Positions 38,856 to 47,720 are shown, counted from the stretch's first letter. The stretch: DNA of 64,000 nt from Collinsella sp. (GCA_048250755.1 DBEZMF010000011.1:874-64873), one strand, 5' to 3'. The notes: generated from the sequence alone by a model not told the origin. Made by a program: numbers and translations.

Positions 38856-39095
38856 TCACCCCTCGTTCTTCCATCCAAACGGGTCAAGCACCCAAAAAAT
38901 CAGATCGAGCACGCCGCCGGTCATCATGGCGCCGGCAAGGGCCATGCAAACGTGCAGGGAACTGGCACTTCGGAGCACGTCGAATGGCCCAAGAACAGCC
39001 AGCAGCGCGACCGCTGCGCCGGCAAGGCACAACGCGAGGCACGGCCCCGCGTCCTTAACGCACTTCTTTGCGAGATGCTTTGCGTTGTCACTCAT
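38856..39095 (-). CDS. Small two-TM membrane protein
   Basis: AAGGAG RBS, 79 aa, two hydrophobic segments. Confidence 0.6.
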   Translation of the reverse strand: MSDNAKHLAKKCVKDAGPCLALCLAGAAVALLAVLGPFDVLRSASSLHVCMALAGAMMTGGVLDLIFWVLDPFGWKNEG

Positions 39096-39255
39096 CGATA
39101 TCGAACTCCTTAGAAGGTCGTTGCTTGAATTCGCGCCGCCGCGGCAGAGCAGAGCGGCAGGGTAAGTGTCACATGCCGTGCGGACATCAATGGAGAAACC
39201 GCCTGCTCGACCAACCTTTGACGCCGTATTGCACCGGCACCACATCCCCCGCTAT

Positions 39256-39439
39256 CGAGGTCTAATACTTTTCCCGAGAAGTGAACGGCTGTTTTTGAAC
39301 CCCTGAAACATCCGCATTTTTCGGCGGCAAAATCGCAGGATTTCAGCGCCGAAACCGCAGGAAGCGGCACCTTTAAAGTGTCGATGCTTCGGGGGTCCGT
39401 TTTAGCTCGTTCACTTCTCGGGAAAAGTATTAGACCTCG
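39256..39439. mobile_element. MITE-like element with perfect 32-bp terminal inverted repeats
   Basis: CGAGGTCTAATACTTTTCCCGAGAAGTGAACG (39256-39287) and its exact reverse complement (39408-39439); non-coding interior. Confidence 0.65.
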
Positions 39440-39501
39440 CTGCTAGCTATCCAGAAAGACACCTCTCCCTTCCCCACCGCCGCGCAAAAACTCATCCAAC
39501 G

Positions 39502-39527
39502 TTAATCTTGGCTCAAGAATCGCTTAA
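39502..39527 (+). promoter_or_regulatory. OmpR-type direct-repeat boxes
   Basis: TTAA-N7-TCAA-N7-TTAA upstream of a possible -10 TAGAGT at 39544. Confidence 0.45.
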
Positions 39528-39653
39528 TCTATAACCTGCACTATAGAGTTCGACCAAGGGCGGGGCGGCGCCGCGCAACGCAGGCCGGCGAACGCAACGC
39601 TCGCGCCCGGGCAGATCGCCCGGCGTCGCGCCCATCGAACGAAAGGACAGGTC

Positions 39654-40196
39654 ATGGACGACCTCGAAAAAGTTGAAACCATCCGCACCAAGTGCAACGT
39701 GAGCTACACCGATGCCAAAGCCGCGCTCGACGCCGCCGACGGCAACGTTTTGGACGCCATCATTTGGCTCGAGTCGCAAGGCAAGACCCAGACCACGTCG
39801 GCGCACGCCGCCACCGAGTCCGCGCCGGTCGACGAACCCTCGGCCGAGATGGTCGCCGCGCAGGCCGCCTACGAGAAGTCGAGCGAAAAGACCGACTTCT
39901 CCAAGAAGATGGACAGCGTGTGGGAGTACCTCAAAAAGCTCTTCCGCCTGAGCCTGGACACCAAGTTTATCGCCACGCGCCGCGATGCAATCATCCTCAA
40001 CATCCCCATCCTGATCCCCATCATCGCCCTGTTTGCCTGGGGCGCCACGATATGGCTGATGCTGATCGGCCTGTTCTTTGGCATGCGTTACCGCATCGAT
40101 AGCGACGGCGACGTGCCCGGCAGCATCAACAACCTTATGGATCACGCCGCCGACGCCGCGGACGACATCAAGCAAAATCTGAACGACGACAAGTAA
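39654..40196 (+). CDS. UBA-like/DUF4342-like membrane-associated protein
   Basis: LEKVETIRTKCNVSYTDAKAALDAADGNVLDAIIWLE; hydrophobic C-terminal hairpin. Confidence 0.75.
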   Translation: MDDLEKVETIRTKCNVSYTDAKAALDAADGNVLDAIIWLESQGKTQTTSAHAATESAPVDEPSAEMVAAQAAYEKSSEKTDFSKKMDSVWEYLKKLFRLSLDTKFIATRRDAIILNIPILIPIIALFAWGATIWLMLIGLFFGMRYRIDSDGDVPGSINNLMDHAADAADDIKQNLNDDK

Positions 40197-40214
40197 TCGC
40201 AAACGGGGGCACGC

Positions 40215-40994
40215 ATGGCACGGATCCTGATCGTAGAGGACGAGGAGAAAATCGTCCGCTTTGTGACGCTCGAGCTGGAGCACGAGGGCTACCAGGTGGA
40301 ACACGCCGCCGATGGCCGCACCGCCGTGGACCTGGCGCTGGAGCGCAACTACGATCTTATTCTGCTCGATGTGCTGTTGCCGCAGCTCAACGGCATGGAG
40401 GTCCTGCGGCGCGTCCGCAAGCACAAGGATGTGCCGGTGATAATGGTCACCGCGCGCGATGCCGTGATGGACAAGGTGGCCGGGCTCGATGCCGGCGCCG
40501 ACGATTACCTGACCAAGCCGTTTGCGATTGAGGAGCTGTTCGCACGGATCCGCGTGGCGTTGAAGCGCTCGGAGGCCGTGCGGGCGGCTTCGGGCGTTGG
40601 CGGCATCGGGACGGGCGCGGTAGGCGGCACGGGTGTCGGCGCCACTGCGATGCCCCCGGTCAGTGACTCGACCCAGGTTTCCGCCTCGCTCTCCCCCGCC
40701 ACGCTCGCCGTGGGCTCGGTTGCGCTCGACCCCGACCGCCGCGAAGTCACGGTCGGCGGCTCGCCCATTGCGCTCACGGCCCGCGAGTTCGATGTCCTCG
40801 CCCTGCTTATGGCGCATGCCGAGACCGTGCTCACGCGCGAACGCATCGCGCACGAGGCGCTGGGCTACGAATACATGGGCGACACCAACAACGTCGACGT
40901 GCACATCGCGCATCTACGCGCCAAGATCGAGGACGCCGGCGGCGCCCGCATCATCCAGACCGTGCGCGGGGTGGGCTATGTCTGCCGCGCGTAA
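40215..40994 (+). CDS. OmpR family response regulator (ArlR-like)
   Basis: IVEDE, LLDVLLP, GADDYLTKPF, TNNVDVHI, TVRGVGY; Gly-rich linker insertion. Confidence 0.93.
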   Translation: MARILIVEDEEKIVRFVTLELEHEGYQVEHAADGRTAVDLALERNYDLILLDVLLPQLNGMEVLRRVRKHKDVPVIMVTARDAVMDKVAGLDAGADDYLTKPFAIEELFARIRVALKRSEAVRAASGVGGIGTGAVGGTGVGATAMPPVSDSTQVSASLSPATLAVGSVALDPDRREVTVGGSPIALTAREFDVLALLMAHAETVLTRERIAHEALGYEYMGDTNNVDVHIAHLRAKIEDAGGARIIQTVRGVGYVCRA

Positions 40995-42273
40995 CGCCGA
41001 GGCCAAGCGCGTCACCTCCATCGCCCGCGCCATCAACTGGAGCTATATGTGGCGCCGCCTGATGAGCTACGTCTGGCTCGATCTGTTGCTGGTGGTGATT
41101 GCGGCGGCGATCCTCGTCTATGGATACAACCAGACACTGCCCGACAGCGCGTTTACCGCAGGATGGATCCCCGGCGCCACCGTTCGCGGCATGTCGCTGA
41201 AGCCCGCGCGCGGCTGGGACCTGACAACGCTCACCTATACCGTCGAGCTTGCGCGTACCACCAAGACCTTCCCCCTCGCGCAGGACCTCATCGCACTTTG
41301 GCCCCTCTATATCGTTGTTGTAGGTTGGCAGGTCATCAGCATGCTCGATATGCTCGGCGGCGCTCGCCGTGTGCGCCGCACCATGGCGCCGCTCAACGAC
41401 CTGGCCCTGCGCGTGGACGAGCTCGGCCGCATGCAGCTCTCCGGCGGCAAGATGGAAACGCTGGAGCAAGCCATCGAGCGCGCGAGCGTCGACTCGCCGA
41501 GCGTCACCACCGGCGACGCCGACCTGGCAAGCATCGAGGTCGCACTCAACCGCCTGCTGCGCCAGATGCAAGAGGCCAAGCTGCAGCAGATGCGCTTTGT
41601 CAACGATGCAAGCCACGAGCTGCGCACGCCCATCGCGGTGATTCAGGGCTACGTGAACATGCTCGACCGCTGGGGCAAAGACGACCCGGACGTGCTGGCG
41701 GAATCCATCGCGTCCCTCAAGGCCGAAAGCGAGCACATGCAGGAGCTCGTGGAGCAGCTGCTGTTTTTGGCGCGCGGCGATGCCGGGCGCACGGTCCTGC
41801 GGCGTGCGCATACCAACCTGGCTGCACTGGTCGGCGAGGTTTGCGAAGAATCGCAGATGATCGATGCCGGGCACACGTATCGGCTGGCCTTTGACGCTGC
41901 GCTTATCAGCGACCCGCGCTGCGACGCGTCCGTCGATGTCGCGCTCGTGAAGCAGGCTCTGCGCGTGATCGTGCAAAACGCCGCCAAGTATTCGGACGCG
42001 GGCACGCCCATCTCGTTTGGCGTAGCGCCGGATGCGGGCGCGGGCACGATCGACATAAGCGTTGAGGACGAGGGCATCGGCATGAACCAGGAATCCGCAG
42101 CTCACGCGTTCGAGCGGTTCTACCGCGCCGACAACGCGCGCGATGCCGGAGCGCAGGGCTCGGGCCTGGGGCTCGCCATCGCCAAGTGGATCGTCGATAG
42201 CCACGGCGGCGTCATCGGCGTGACCTCGGTCGAGGGCGTCGGCAGCCGCTTTACGATTCGCCTGCCGCGGTAG
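40978..42273 (+). CDS. Sensor histidine kinase (ArlS-like)
   Basis: ASHELRTPI, LDRWGK, NAAKYS, DEGIG, FERFYR, GLGLAI. Confidence 0.93.
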   Translation: MSAARNAEAKRVTSIARAINWSYMWRRLMSYVWLDLLLVVIAAAILVYGYNQTLPDSAFTAGWIPGATVRGMSLKPARGWDLTTLTYTVELARTTKTFPLAQDLIALWPLYIVVVGWQVISMLDMLGGARRVRRTMAPLNDLALRVDELGRMQLSGGKMETLEQAIERASVDSPSVTTGDADLASIEVALNRLLRQMQEAKLQQMRFVNDASHELRTPIAVIQGYVNMLDRWGKDDPDVLAESIASLKAESEHMQELVEQLLFLARGDAGRTVLRRAHTNLAALVGEVCEESQMIDAGHTYRLAFDAALISDPRCDASVDVALVKQALRVIVQNAAKYSDAGTPISFGVAPDAGAGTIDISVEDEGIGMNQESAAHAFERFYRADNARDAGAQGSGLGLAIAKWIVDSHGGVIGVTSVEGVGSRFTIRLPR

Positions 42274-42292
42274 GAAGCCCCTCGGCATAAAT

Positions 42293-42326
42293 AAAGGGAT
42301 AGGGCCACGCAGCCCTATCCCTTTTT
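42293..42326. terminator. Bidirectional intrinsic terminator
   Basis: AAAGGGATAGGG...CCCTATCCCTTTTT. Confidence 0.8.
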
Positions 42327-42348
42327 GCTAGCTATGACAGCTTGTGCG

Positions 42349-42723
42349 CTACTCGCGGCACAGGTGCACGGCGAAGCCGGCGAACTCGCGCTTAAAGTAC
42401 ACGAGCTTGGTACCACCGTCGGGTAGCAGCGCGCGCGACTCCTCGTTGACCTCGAGCCCGCGCTCGGCAAACCACTTCTCAGCTGCATCGATGTCGTTAA
42501 CGGCAAAGCCGATGTGGCCTTTGGTGCCACGACCGTTCTGCTTCATGACCTCGACCAGCGAATCGTTGAAGTACGAAACCGGGGTCTCGATAACAGGCAG
42601 GCCCATCATCGTCGAGAACAGCTCCGCGATCTCCAGGGCGTCTGCCGGGTCGGCGGCGTTAATGCCCACATGGGCAACGCGCATGCCAAAGAGCTCGACC
42701 GGGTTGACGTTCTGCTCACTCAT
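42349..42723 (-). CDS. VOC/glyoxalase-like protein
   Basis: VAHVGIN, GTKGHIGFAVNDID, GFAVHL. Confidence 0.75.
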   Translation of the reverse strand: MSEQNVNPVELFGMRVAHVGINAADPADALEIAELFSTMMGLPVIETPVSYFNDSLVEVMKQNGRGTKGHIGFAVNDIDAAEKWFAERGLEVNEESRALLPDGGTKLVYFKREFAGFAVHLCRE

Positions 42724-42734
42724 ACAGGCAGTGC

Positions 42735-43022
42735 CTACTGAGCCATGACGTCGAGAACGGCCTTCTCGGCAGCGACGCGGTTCATGCCGGTCATGAAGGG
42801 CACGCCGCTCACGTACGGGCAGGTGAGGCCTTCGGGGGCAACGGTGGTGGCGATCAGCAGGTCGGCGCCCTCGTCGCAGTAGTCCTTGGCCTCGGAGATG
42901 GCGCACTGCACGATCTCGTACTTGTCGGCGTAACCGTTGGCGTCGAGCAGGGTAGCGACCTTCTGGGCAACGAGCGTGGAAGTAGCAGCGCCAGCACCGC
43001 AAGCCAAAACGATCTTCTTCAT
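42735..43022 (-). CDS. PTS galactitol/ascorbate family IIB
   Basis: VLACGAGAATST, GVPFMTG. Confidence 0.88.
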   Translation of the reverse strand: MKKIVLACGAGAATSTLVAQKVATLLDANGYADKYEIVQCAISEAKDYCDEGADLLIATTVAPEGLTCPYVSGVPFMTGMNRVAAEKAVLDVMAQ

Positions 43023-43185
43023 AGGTAATGTCTCCCTTCGTGGTTTACTTTAGGTAAGTGTACCGCAGCGAGCGATGGCACTCAGCCTCGATGAGCTTTT
43101 ATGCCAGTTTGCTTGCGCGCTGCGTATAATACATCTAGTACGTGTTGTCATACCGCTCGCTTTAAGAGCGACTAAGGACTCTGAA

Positions 43186-43809
43186 ATGCCCGATTCCCGC
43201 ACCCTCTGGACCGCCGTCGTTATCATCTGCATCGCCGTGTCGGTGTTCTTTAGCGTCAAAAAACGCACCACGTTCAAGCGTCTGCAGCAGTTGATGGCCG
43301 CCAAGCAGTGGGACGAGTTCGATCGTTTGCTCGACGGCAAACTCACCAGCATGCTGTACCCACGCTACAACCGCGACTACCTGCGCCTGAACTCCTATCT
43401 GCTGCGCGAGGACCACGAGCGTGCCAGCGAGATGTTCGACCTGCTGCTGGGGCTCAACCTCCCCAAGATGCAGCGCGTCGACCTGGTGATCAAAGCCTTT
43501 AACTACTATGTTGGCCAGGAGGACCGCAAAAAGTCCAAGGAGTTGCTGCACGAGATCAAGGGCTTTGAGGGCGGTCAGGCCGAGGCAGTTGCGCACGAGT
43601 GCCAGCTGATGTACGACACGATGATCCTCAAGCGCCACAACGACATTCCCGAGCTGGAGCGCATGCTCGAGGATGTCGGCGACGACCCGGTCAAGCGCTG
43701 CCGACTGGAGTACCTGCTAGCCCTGCAGTATCAAAACAAGGGCGACGAGGCAAAGTTCCAAGAGTTCCTGGAGAAGTCGGGCCAACACTCGATGGCCGTC
43801 AACGCGTAA
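43186..43809 (+). CDS. Hypothetical membrane-anchored alpha-helical (TPR-like) protein
   Basis: AAGGA RBS, N-terminal TM, helical repeats. Confidence 0.7.
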   Translation: MPDSRTLWTAVVIICIAVSVFFSVKKRTTFKRLQQLMAAKQWDEFDRLLDGKLTSMLYPRYNRDYLRLNSYLLREDHERASEMFDLLLGLNLPKMQRVDLVIKAFNYYVGQEDRKKSKELLHEIKGFEGGQAEAVAHECQLMYDTMILKRHNDIPELERMLEDVGDDPVKRCRLEYLLALQYQNKGDEAKFQEFLEKSGQHSMAVNA

Positions 43810-43840
43810 CGGACGGCTTGTGCTAGACTTCTAGTCTCAC

Positions 43841-43925
43841 GGGGGCGTGGCGGAATTGGCATACGCAGGAGACTTAAAATCTCTCGCCGCAAGGATTGTG
43901 GGTTCGAGTCCCACCGCCCCTACCA
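43841..43925 (+). tRNA. tRNA-Leu (anticodon TAA)
   Basis: GGGGGCG/CGCCCCT acceptor stem, anticodon loop CTTAAAA, long variable arm, GGTTCGAGTCC T-arm, encoded CCA. Confidence 0.95.
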
Positions 43926-44181
43926 TGTGATTGCTTGCGAGCCCGTGTTCCCCAGGGATGCGGGCTCGCTTCTTTTAGATGCCGGTGGAACTCGAACCCG
44001 CGAGGGGGCGAGCGTTAAGCGGACGCGCAGCGTCCGAAGCGAGCCGGCGAGGGCGCCGACAGGCGGCCGAAGCCGGTGCGTATTTGCGCAGCAAATGCGC
44101 GGACGTCCCACCGCCCCTACCATATGGAGCTTTCGAGCCCGTGTCCCCAAGGGATGCGGGCTCGTTTCTTTTAGATGCCGG
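43908..44181 (+). repeat. tRNA-linked direct repeat (tRNA 3' end plus terminator duplicated, 197-bp period)
   Basis: GTCCCACCGCCCCTACCAT at 43908 and 44105, each followed by a CGAGCCCG...CGGGCTCG-(C/T)TTCTTTTAGATGCCGG hairpin. Confidence 0.88.
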
Positions 44182-44190
44182 CGGGGCTCT

Positions 44191-44259
44191 AAGTTGCGGT
44201 GGAATAGTTCCTGTTTTGGCAGTTTACCAGCCCATTTAGGAACTATTCCACCGCGACTT
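44191..44259. repeat. 69-bp palindromic element, family A copy 2
   Basis: AAGTTGCGGTGGAATAGTTCCT...AGGAACTATTCCACCGCGACTT. Confidence 0.88.
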
Positions 44260-44269
44260 AGGTTGGTGT

Positions 44270-44323
44270 TCCCACATTTTCCGATGGAAAAACGTGGTTG
44301 TCTCCCACATTTTCCGATGGAAA
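44270..44323 (+). promoter_or_regulatory. Tandem 21-bp direct repeat, each copy internally palindromic, upstream of the ATPase
   Basis: TCCCACATTTTCCGATGGAAA at 44270 and 44303; TATACT at 44338. Confidence 0.7.
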
Positions 44324-44366
44324 CTCCCAAATGGCCTTATACTAGCCGAGAGGGTTGGGAGGCAAT

Positions 44367-45668
44367 ATGCAGCGACAGCTTATGAGTGAACTTATCGCTT
44401 GGAAATCAAGGGCGAATCGCAAACCTCTCTTGCTTAAGGGAGCCCGCCAGACAGGAAAGACTTGGCTTCTTAACGAATTCGCAAGCCAGCAGTATCGAAA
44501 CGTCATTCGTTTTGACTTTATGCTCGAGCCGAGCACACGCTCGCTGTTCGATGGGAACCTCGACCCCAAGCGCATCATCTCCCAGATAGAACTCCTACGT
44601 GGCCAAACCGTAACGCCGGAAGACACGCTCATCATCTTCGACGAGATCCAAGAGGCGCCACGCGGGATCACCTCGCTCAAGTACTTCAACGAGCTTGCAC
44701 CCGAATACCACATCGTAGCAGCCGGTTCCTATATGGGCCTCGCGCTCCGACGCGAAAACGAGTCATTTCCCGTCGGCAAAATCGACCAGCTCACCATGCG
44801 TCCCATGGGGTTTGCTGAGTTCGTTCGTGCCGTCGACGGCAACCCGCTCGCCGACGCCATCCTTGCCGCAGACATGAACCTTCTAGCAAACGTTACCGAA
44901 AAGCTCGAGCACTTGCTCAAGGAATACCTTATTGTCGGCGGCATGCCCGAAGTTGTCTCCGCTTTCGCCGAGACACGCGACTTCATCGAAGCCCGAAGGC
45001 TTCAGCAGCAAATCATCGAGGCTTACGAATCCGATTTTGGCAAACATGCACCCGCCCGCATCGTCGAGCGCATGAGGTTGGTTTGGAAATCCCTTCCCGG
45101 CCAGCTTGCAAAGGAGAACAAGAAGTTTGTCTATGGCGCCCTTCGTCCCGGAGCGCGCGCACGCGATTTCGAGGAAAGCCTCCAGTGGCTCACGGACTAC
45201 GGAATCGTTCATAAGGTGCCACGTGTTTCCGCTCTAAAGGCGCCGCTCTCGAGCTACGAAGACCTCTCGGGCTTCAAACTGTTCTGCATCGACACCGGCA
45301 TCCTCGGAGCGCTCTCCGGTCTCTCTCCGGCCATCGTTCTTAACGGATCCGCTGTTTTTACCGAGTTCAAAGGTTCGCTGACCGAACAATACGTCGCGCA
45401 GGAGCTTTTGCTCCAGGACAAAACTCCCGCGTATTGGTCCTCTACCTCCGGCAATGCCGAAACCGACTTTGCCATCGACCATGCGGGAACCGTGCTTCCG
45501 CTTGAGGTCAAGGCGGCAGAGAACCTTAAAGCGAAGAGTCTGAAAATAGCCTGCGAAAAATTCAAACTCGAGCGTTGCGTGAGGAGCTCTCTGGCGGCAT
45601 ATAGAGACGAGGGCATGCTCATCAATATTCCGCTTTGGGAGATTGGGCAGATCGACAAGCTGGCATAG
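44367..45668 (+). CDS. AAA family ATPase (AAA_14/DUF4143-like) with C-terminal PD-(D/E)xK-like motif
   Basis: Walker A GARQTGKT, Walker B IIFDEIQE, AAGS, VGGMPE, DTGIL, ETDF...PLEVKA. Confidence 0.9.
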   Translation: MQRQLMSELIAWKSRANRKPLLLKGARQTGKTWLLNEFASQQYRNVIRFDFMLEPSTRSLFDGNLDPKRIISQIELLRGQTVTPEDTLIIFDEIQEAPRGITSLKYFNELAPEYHIVAAGSYMGLALRRENESFPVGKIDQLTMRPMGFAEFVRAVDGNPLADAILAADMNLLANVTEKLEHLLKEYLIVGGMPEVVSAFAETRDFIEARRLQQQIIEAYESDFGKHAPARIVERMRLVWKSLPGQLAKENKKFVYGALRPGARARDFEESLQWLTDYGIVHKVPRVSALKAPLSSYEDLSGFKLFCIDTGILGALSGLSPAIVLNGSAVFTEFKGSLTEQYVAQELLLQDKTPAYWSSTSGNAETDFAIDHAGTVLPLEVKAAENLKAKSLKIACEKFKLERCVRSSLAAYRDEGMLINIPLWEIGQIDKLA

Positions 45669-45742
45669 GCGCTGTGGGGACGCCCCGCAAGGACTGTCCC
45701 CAGGTGCCGGCAGAAAAGGAACGTCCCCAGGTGCCGGCTGTT

Positions 45743-45811
45743 GAGTTGCGGTGGAATAGGGACTGTTTGGTGCCCGAAAGGGCGATTTTAGTCCGTATTT
45801 CACCGCAACTT
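45743..45811. repeat. 69-bp palindromic element, family A copy 3
   Basis: GAGTTGCGGTGGAATAGGGACT...AGTCCGTATTTCACCGCAACTT; preceded by a GGGGAC-family REP at 45673-45737. Confidence 0.85.
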
Positions 45812-45813
45812 AT

Positions 45814-46815
45814 TTAGAGGGTGCTGAGAGTGGGGGTCCAGGCGATGGTGGGGGTTGCGCCGTCGAGAGTCTCGTTGATGGTGGCGGCCATGCCGGCGAG
45901 TAGGCTGTTCTCGCTTACGGTGAGCGTGTCGTAGTTGCCAGCGCGCATGAGCTCGCGAATTACCACAGCACCGGCCAAGATAACGCCCGCGCGCTTGGAC
46001 TGCACGCCCGGCAGCGCGGCGATGCCCTCCACGTCCAGCGTGGACATGCGCTCGATAGCGGCCGAGACCTGCTCCAGTGAAAGCTCGCGCAGGTGCACGA
46101 AGCTCGAATCATACGGCTCCAGCTCGTGAACCAGCGCCACGAGCGTGGTGACGGTGCCACCCACCGCGACCAGGCGCTCTGCACGCTCAAAATTGCTCGG
46201 CAGGCCCTCAAAATAAGCGGTGAACTGCTCGCCCGCCCAGTTGGCAGCGGCAGCAAGCTCGCCGTCCGCAGGCGGCAGCACCGAGAAGAACCGCTCCGTC
46301 ACGCGGCGACAACCGATGTCCAGCGAACGCGTGCCCTCCAGCGCAAAGACCCCACGCTCCGGTGCGTACACACCCGTCGCGAGTTCCGTGGACCCGCCGC
46401 CCGAATCCGCGACAATAATGCGCTCGCCGGCAAAGTCGTGCGCCACGCCAAAAAACGTCAGACGCGCCTCAACCTCGCCCGGAATCACCTGCGGTTCGAG
46501 CCCCAGCTCGCGCAGGCCGTCCAGCAGCAGGGCGGCATTGGACGCATCGCGCGCGGCGCTCGTGCACGTGGTGCAGACGCACGCAGCCCCAAAGGTACGT
46601 GCCTCGTCCACAAACATCCGGCACGCAGCGAGCACACGCTCAACGGCCGCCTCGCAAAAGCGACCTGTCGCGTCCACGCCCTCGCCCAGGTCGGTAATCT
46701 CGGTATGCTTGGACGATTCCACGATCGCCCCGCCCTCGACCTGGGCCAACACCAGTCGCGACGACACCGTTCCCAGATCGATCGCCGCCACCTTATATCG
46801 TTTGCAATCTGCCAT
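45814..46815 (-). CDS. ppx: Ppx/GppA family phosphatase
   Basis: AAIDLGT, TSAARDASN, EARLTF, DSGGGSTE, VGGT. Confidence 0.9.
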   Translation of the reverse strand: MADCKRYKVAAIDLGTVSSRLVLAQVEGGAIVESSKHTEITDLGEGVDATGRFCEAAVERVLAACRMFVDEARTFGAACVCTTCTSAARDASNAALLLDGLRELGLEPQVIPGEVEARLTFFGVAHDFAGERIIVADSGGGSTELATGVYAPERGVFALEGTRSLDIGCRRVTERFFSVLPPADGELAAAANWAGEQFTAYFEGLPSNFERAERLVAVGGTVTTLVALVHELEPYDSSFVHLRELSLEQVSAAIERMSTLDVEGIAALPGVQSKRAGVILAGAVVIRELMRAGNYDTLTVSENSLLAGMAATINETLDGATPTIAWTPTLSTL

Positions 46816-46835
46816 TGCCGGCTCCCCTCCGGGCG

Positions 46836-47597
46836 CTATTTGCCGTTGGACACGACCGTCTGGCCCTCGACACCGTTAAACCCAAACAGCATGTCGAGCG
46901 CCTGGATGTACCACGGGGCGTCCTTACCGACTTCTTCGATTTCCTTGGCAACTTCGCTGGCCTTCTTGGCGTTCGACGACTTCTTGCTCGAAGACGAATC
47001 CGAATCGTCGTCCAGGCCCCGCACTTCAATCCTCTTCTCGCCGGGCATCACCAGGCCCAGATCCTCGGACGCCGCATCCTTAATGCCCTCCTCCGAGAGC
47101 AGCTTGTCGACGCTTTTTTGCAGCTCGTCGTTGTACTGCTGGCGAATCTCGACCTGCTTGGCCAAGATATCGCTCGAGCGTTTGGCAACGTAGAGGTCGC
47201 GCACGGGAAAGTATAGGCTCACGAGCACCAAGGCGACGACAATACCGATAAACAGCCCACGCTGGGGCCCATGGGTAAAGTCGTAAATCGCCTTGACCAT
47301 TGCGTTGTCATTGGCGTAGTGCATAAAGTCCGAGCCGGAAAGACGACTTGAGGGACGGCGCGGCTTGTCGGACGCCTGGGTCGAAGGGCGCGACGCATGC
47401 TTGGAACGCGATGGGCGCACCGGACTATCCGAGGAACTATTTGGCTGAGCATTGGGATGCGAAGTCACCGGCGAGCTATACCTGGAGCGATCAGCACCAG
47501 CATAACCAGACCCGCCAAGCTGCGCGGTACGCGCACGACGAGACGACGGCTCATGCGAACCGGCGGAATAGTACCTGTTGTCGTAAATCTGATCCAT
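46836..47597 (-). CDS. Septum formation initiator (FtsB/DivIC family)
   Basis: TM helix, coiled coil, LGLVMPGE; follows eno. Confidence 0.8.
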   Translation of the reverse strand: MDQIYDNRYYSAGSHEPSSRRARTAQLGGSGYAGADRSRYSSPVTSHPNAQPNSSSDSPVRPSRSKHASRPSTQASDKPRRPSSRLSGSDFMHYANDNAMVKAIYDFTHGPQRGLFIGIVVALVLVSLYFPVRDLYVAKRSSDILAKQVEIRQQYNDELQKSVDKLLSEEGIKDAASEDLGLVMPGEKRIEVRGLDDDSDSSSSKKSSNAKKASEVAKEIEEVGKDAPWYIQALDMLFGFNGVEGQTVVSNGK

Positions 47598-47688
47598 GTG
47601 CGCCTTGTGCGGTTGAGGTTTGTTTGCGCTAAGTCTTTTAGTTATAGCACGAGCGCGCGCAACGCCTTCGGCGGCCCTTGCTCGACAT

Positions 47689-47720
47689 AAAAAAGGCGCT
47701 GAGCCGTAAGGCCCAGCGCC
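47689..47720 (-). terminator. Intrinsic terminator after eno
   Basis: GGCGCTG/CAGCGCC stem with T6 on the minus strand. Confidence 0.7.

Noticed and set aside
39558..39635. GC-rich foldable 5' leader of the DUF4342-like gene
   Set aside because: Pairing is expected by chance at this GC content; no recognisable motif or second copy
42349..43002. 217-aa ORF-track call spanning the PTS IIB and VOC genes
   Set aside because: Its N-terminal part is an alternate frame of the IIB gene; the real VOC start is the ATG at 42723
44040..44122. Second tRNA gene ending at the duplicated CCA
   Set aside because: No T-loop GTTC, D-arm or matching 5' acceptor strand upstream of the duplicated end
43908..45811. 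Prophage or ICE integrated at tRNA-Leu
   Set aside because: The duplicated tRNA end is only 197 bp away, and there is no integrase or phage gene; no further att copy was seen in the window
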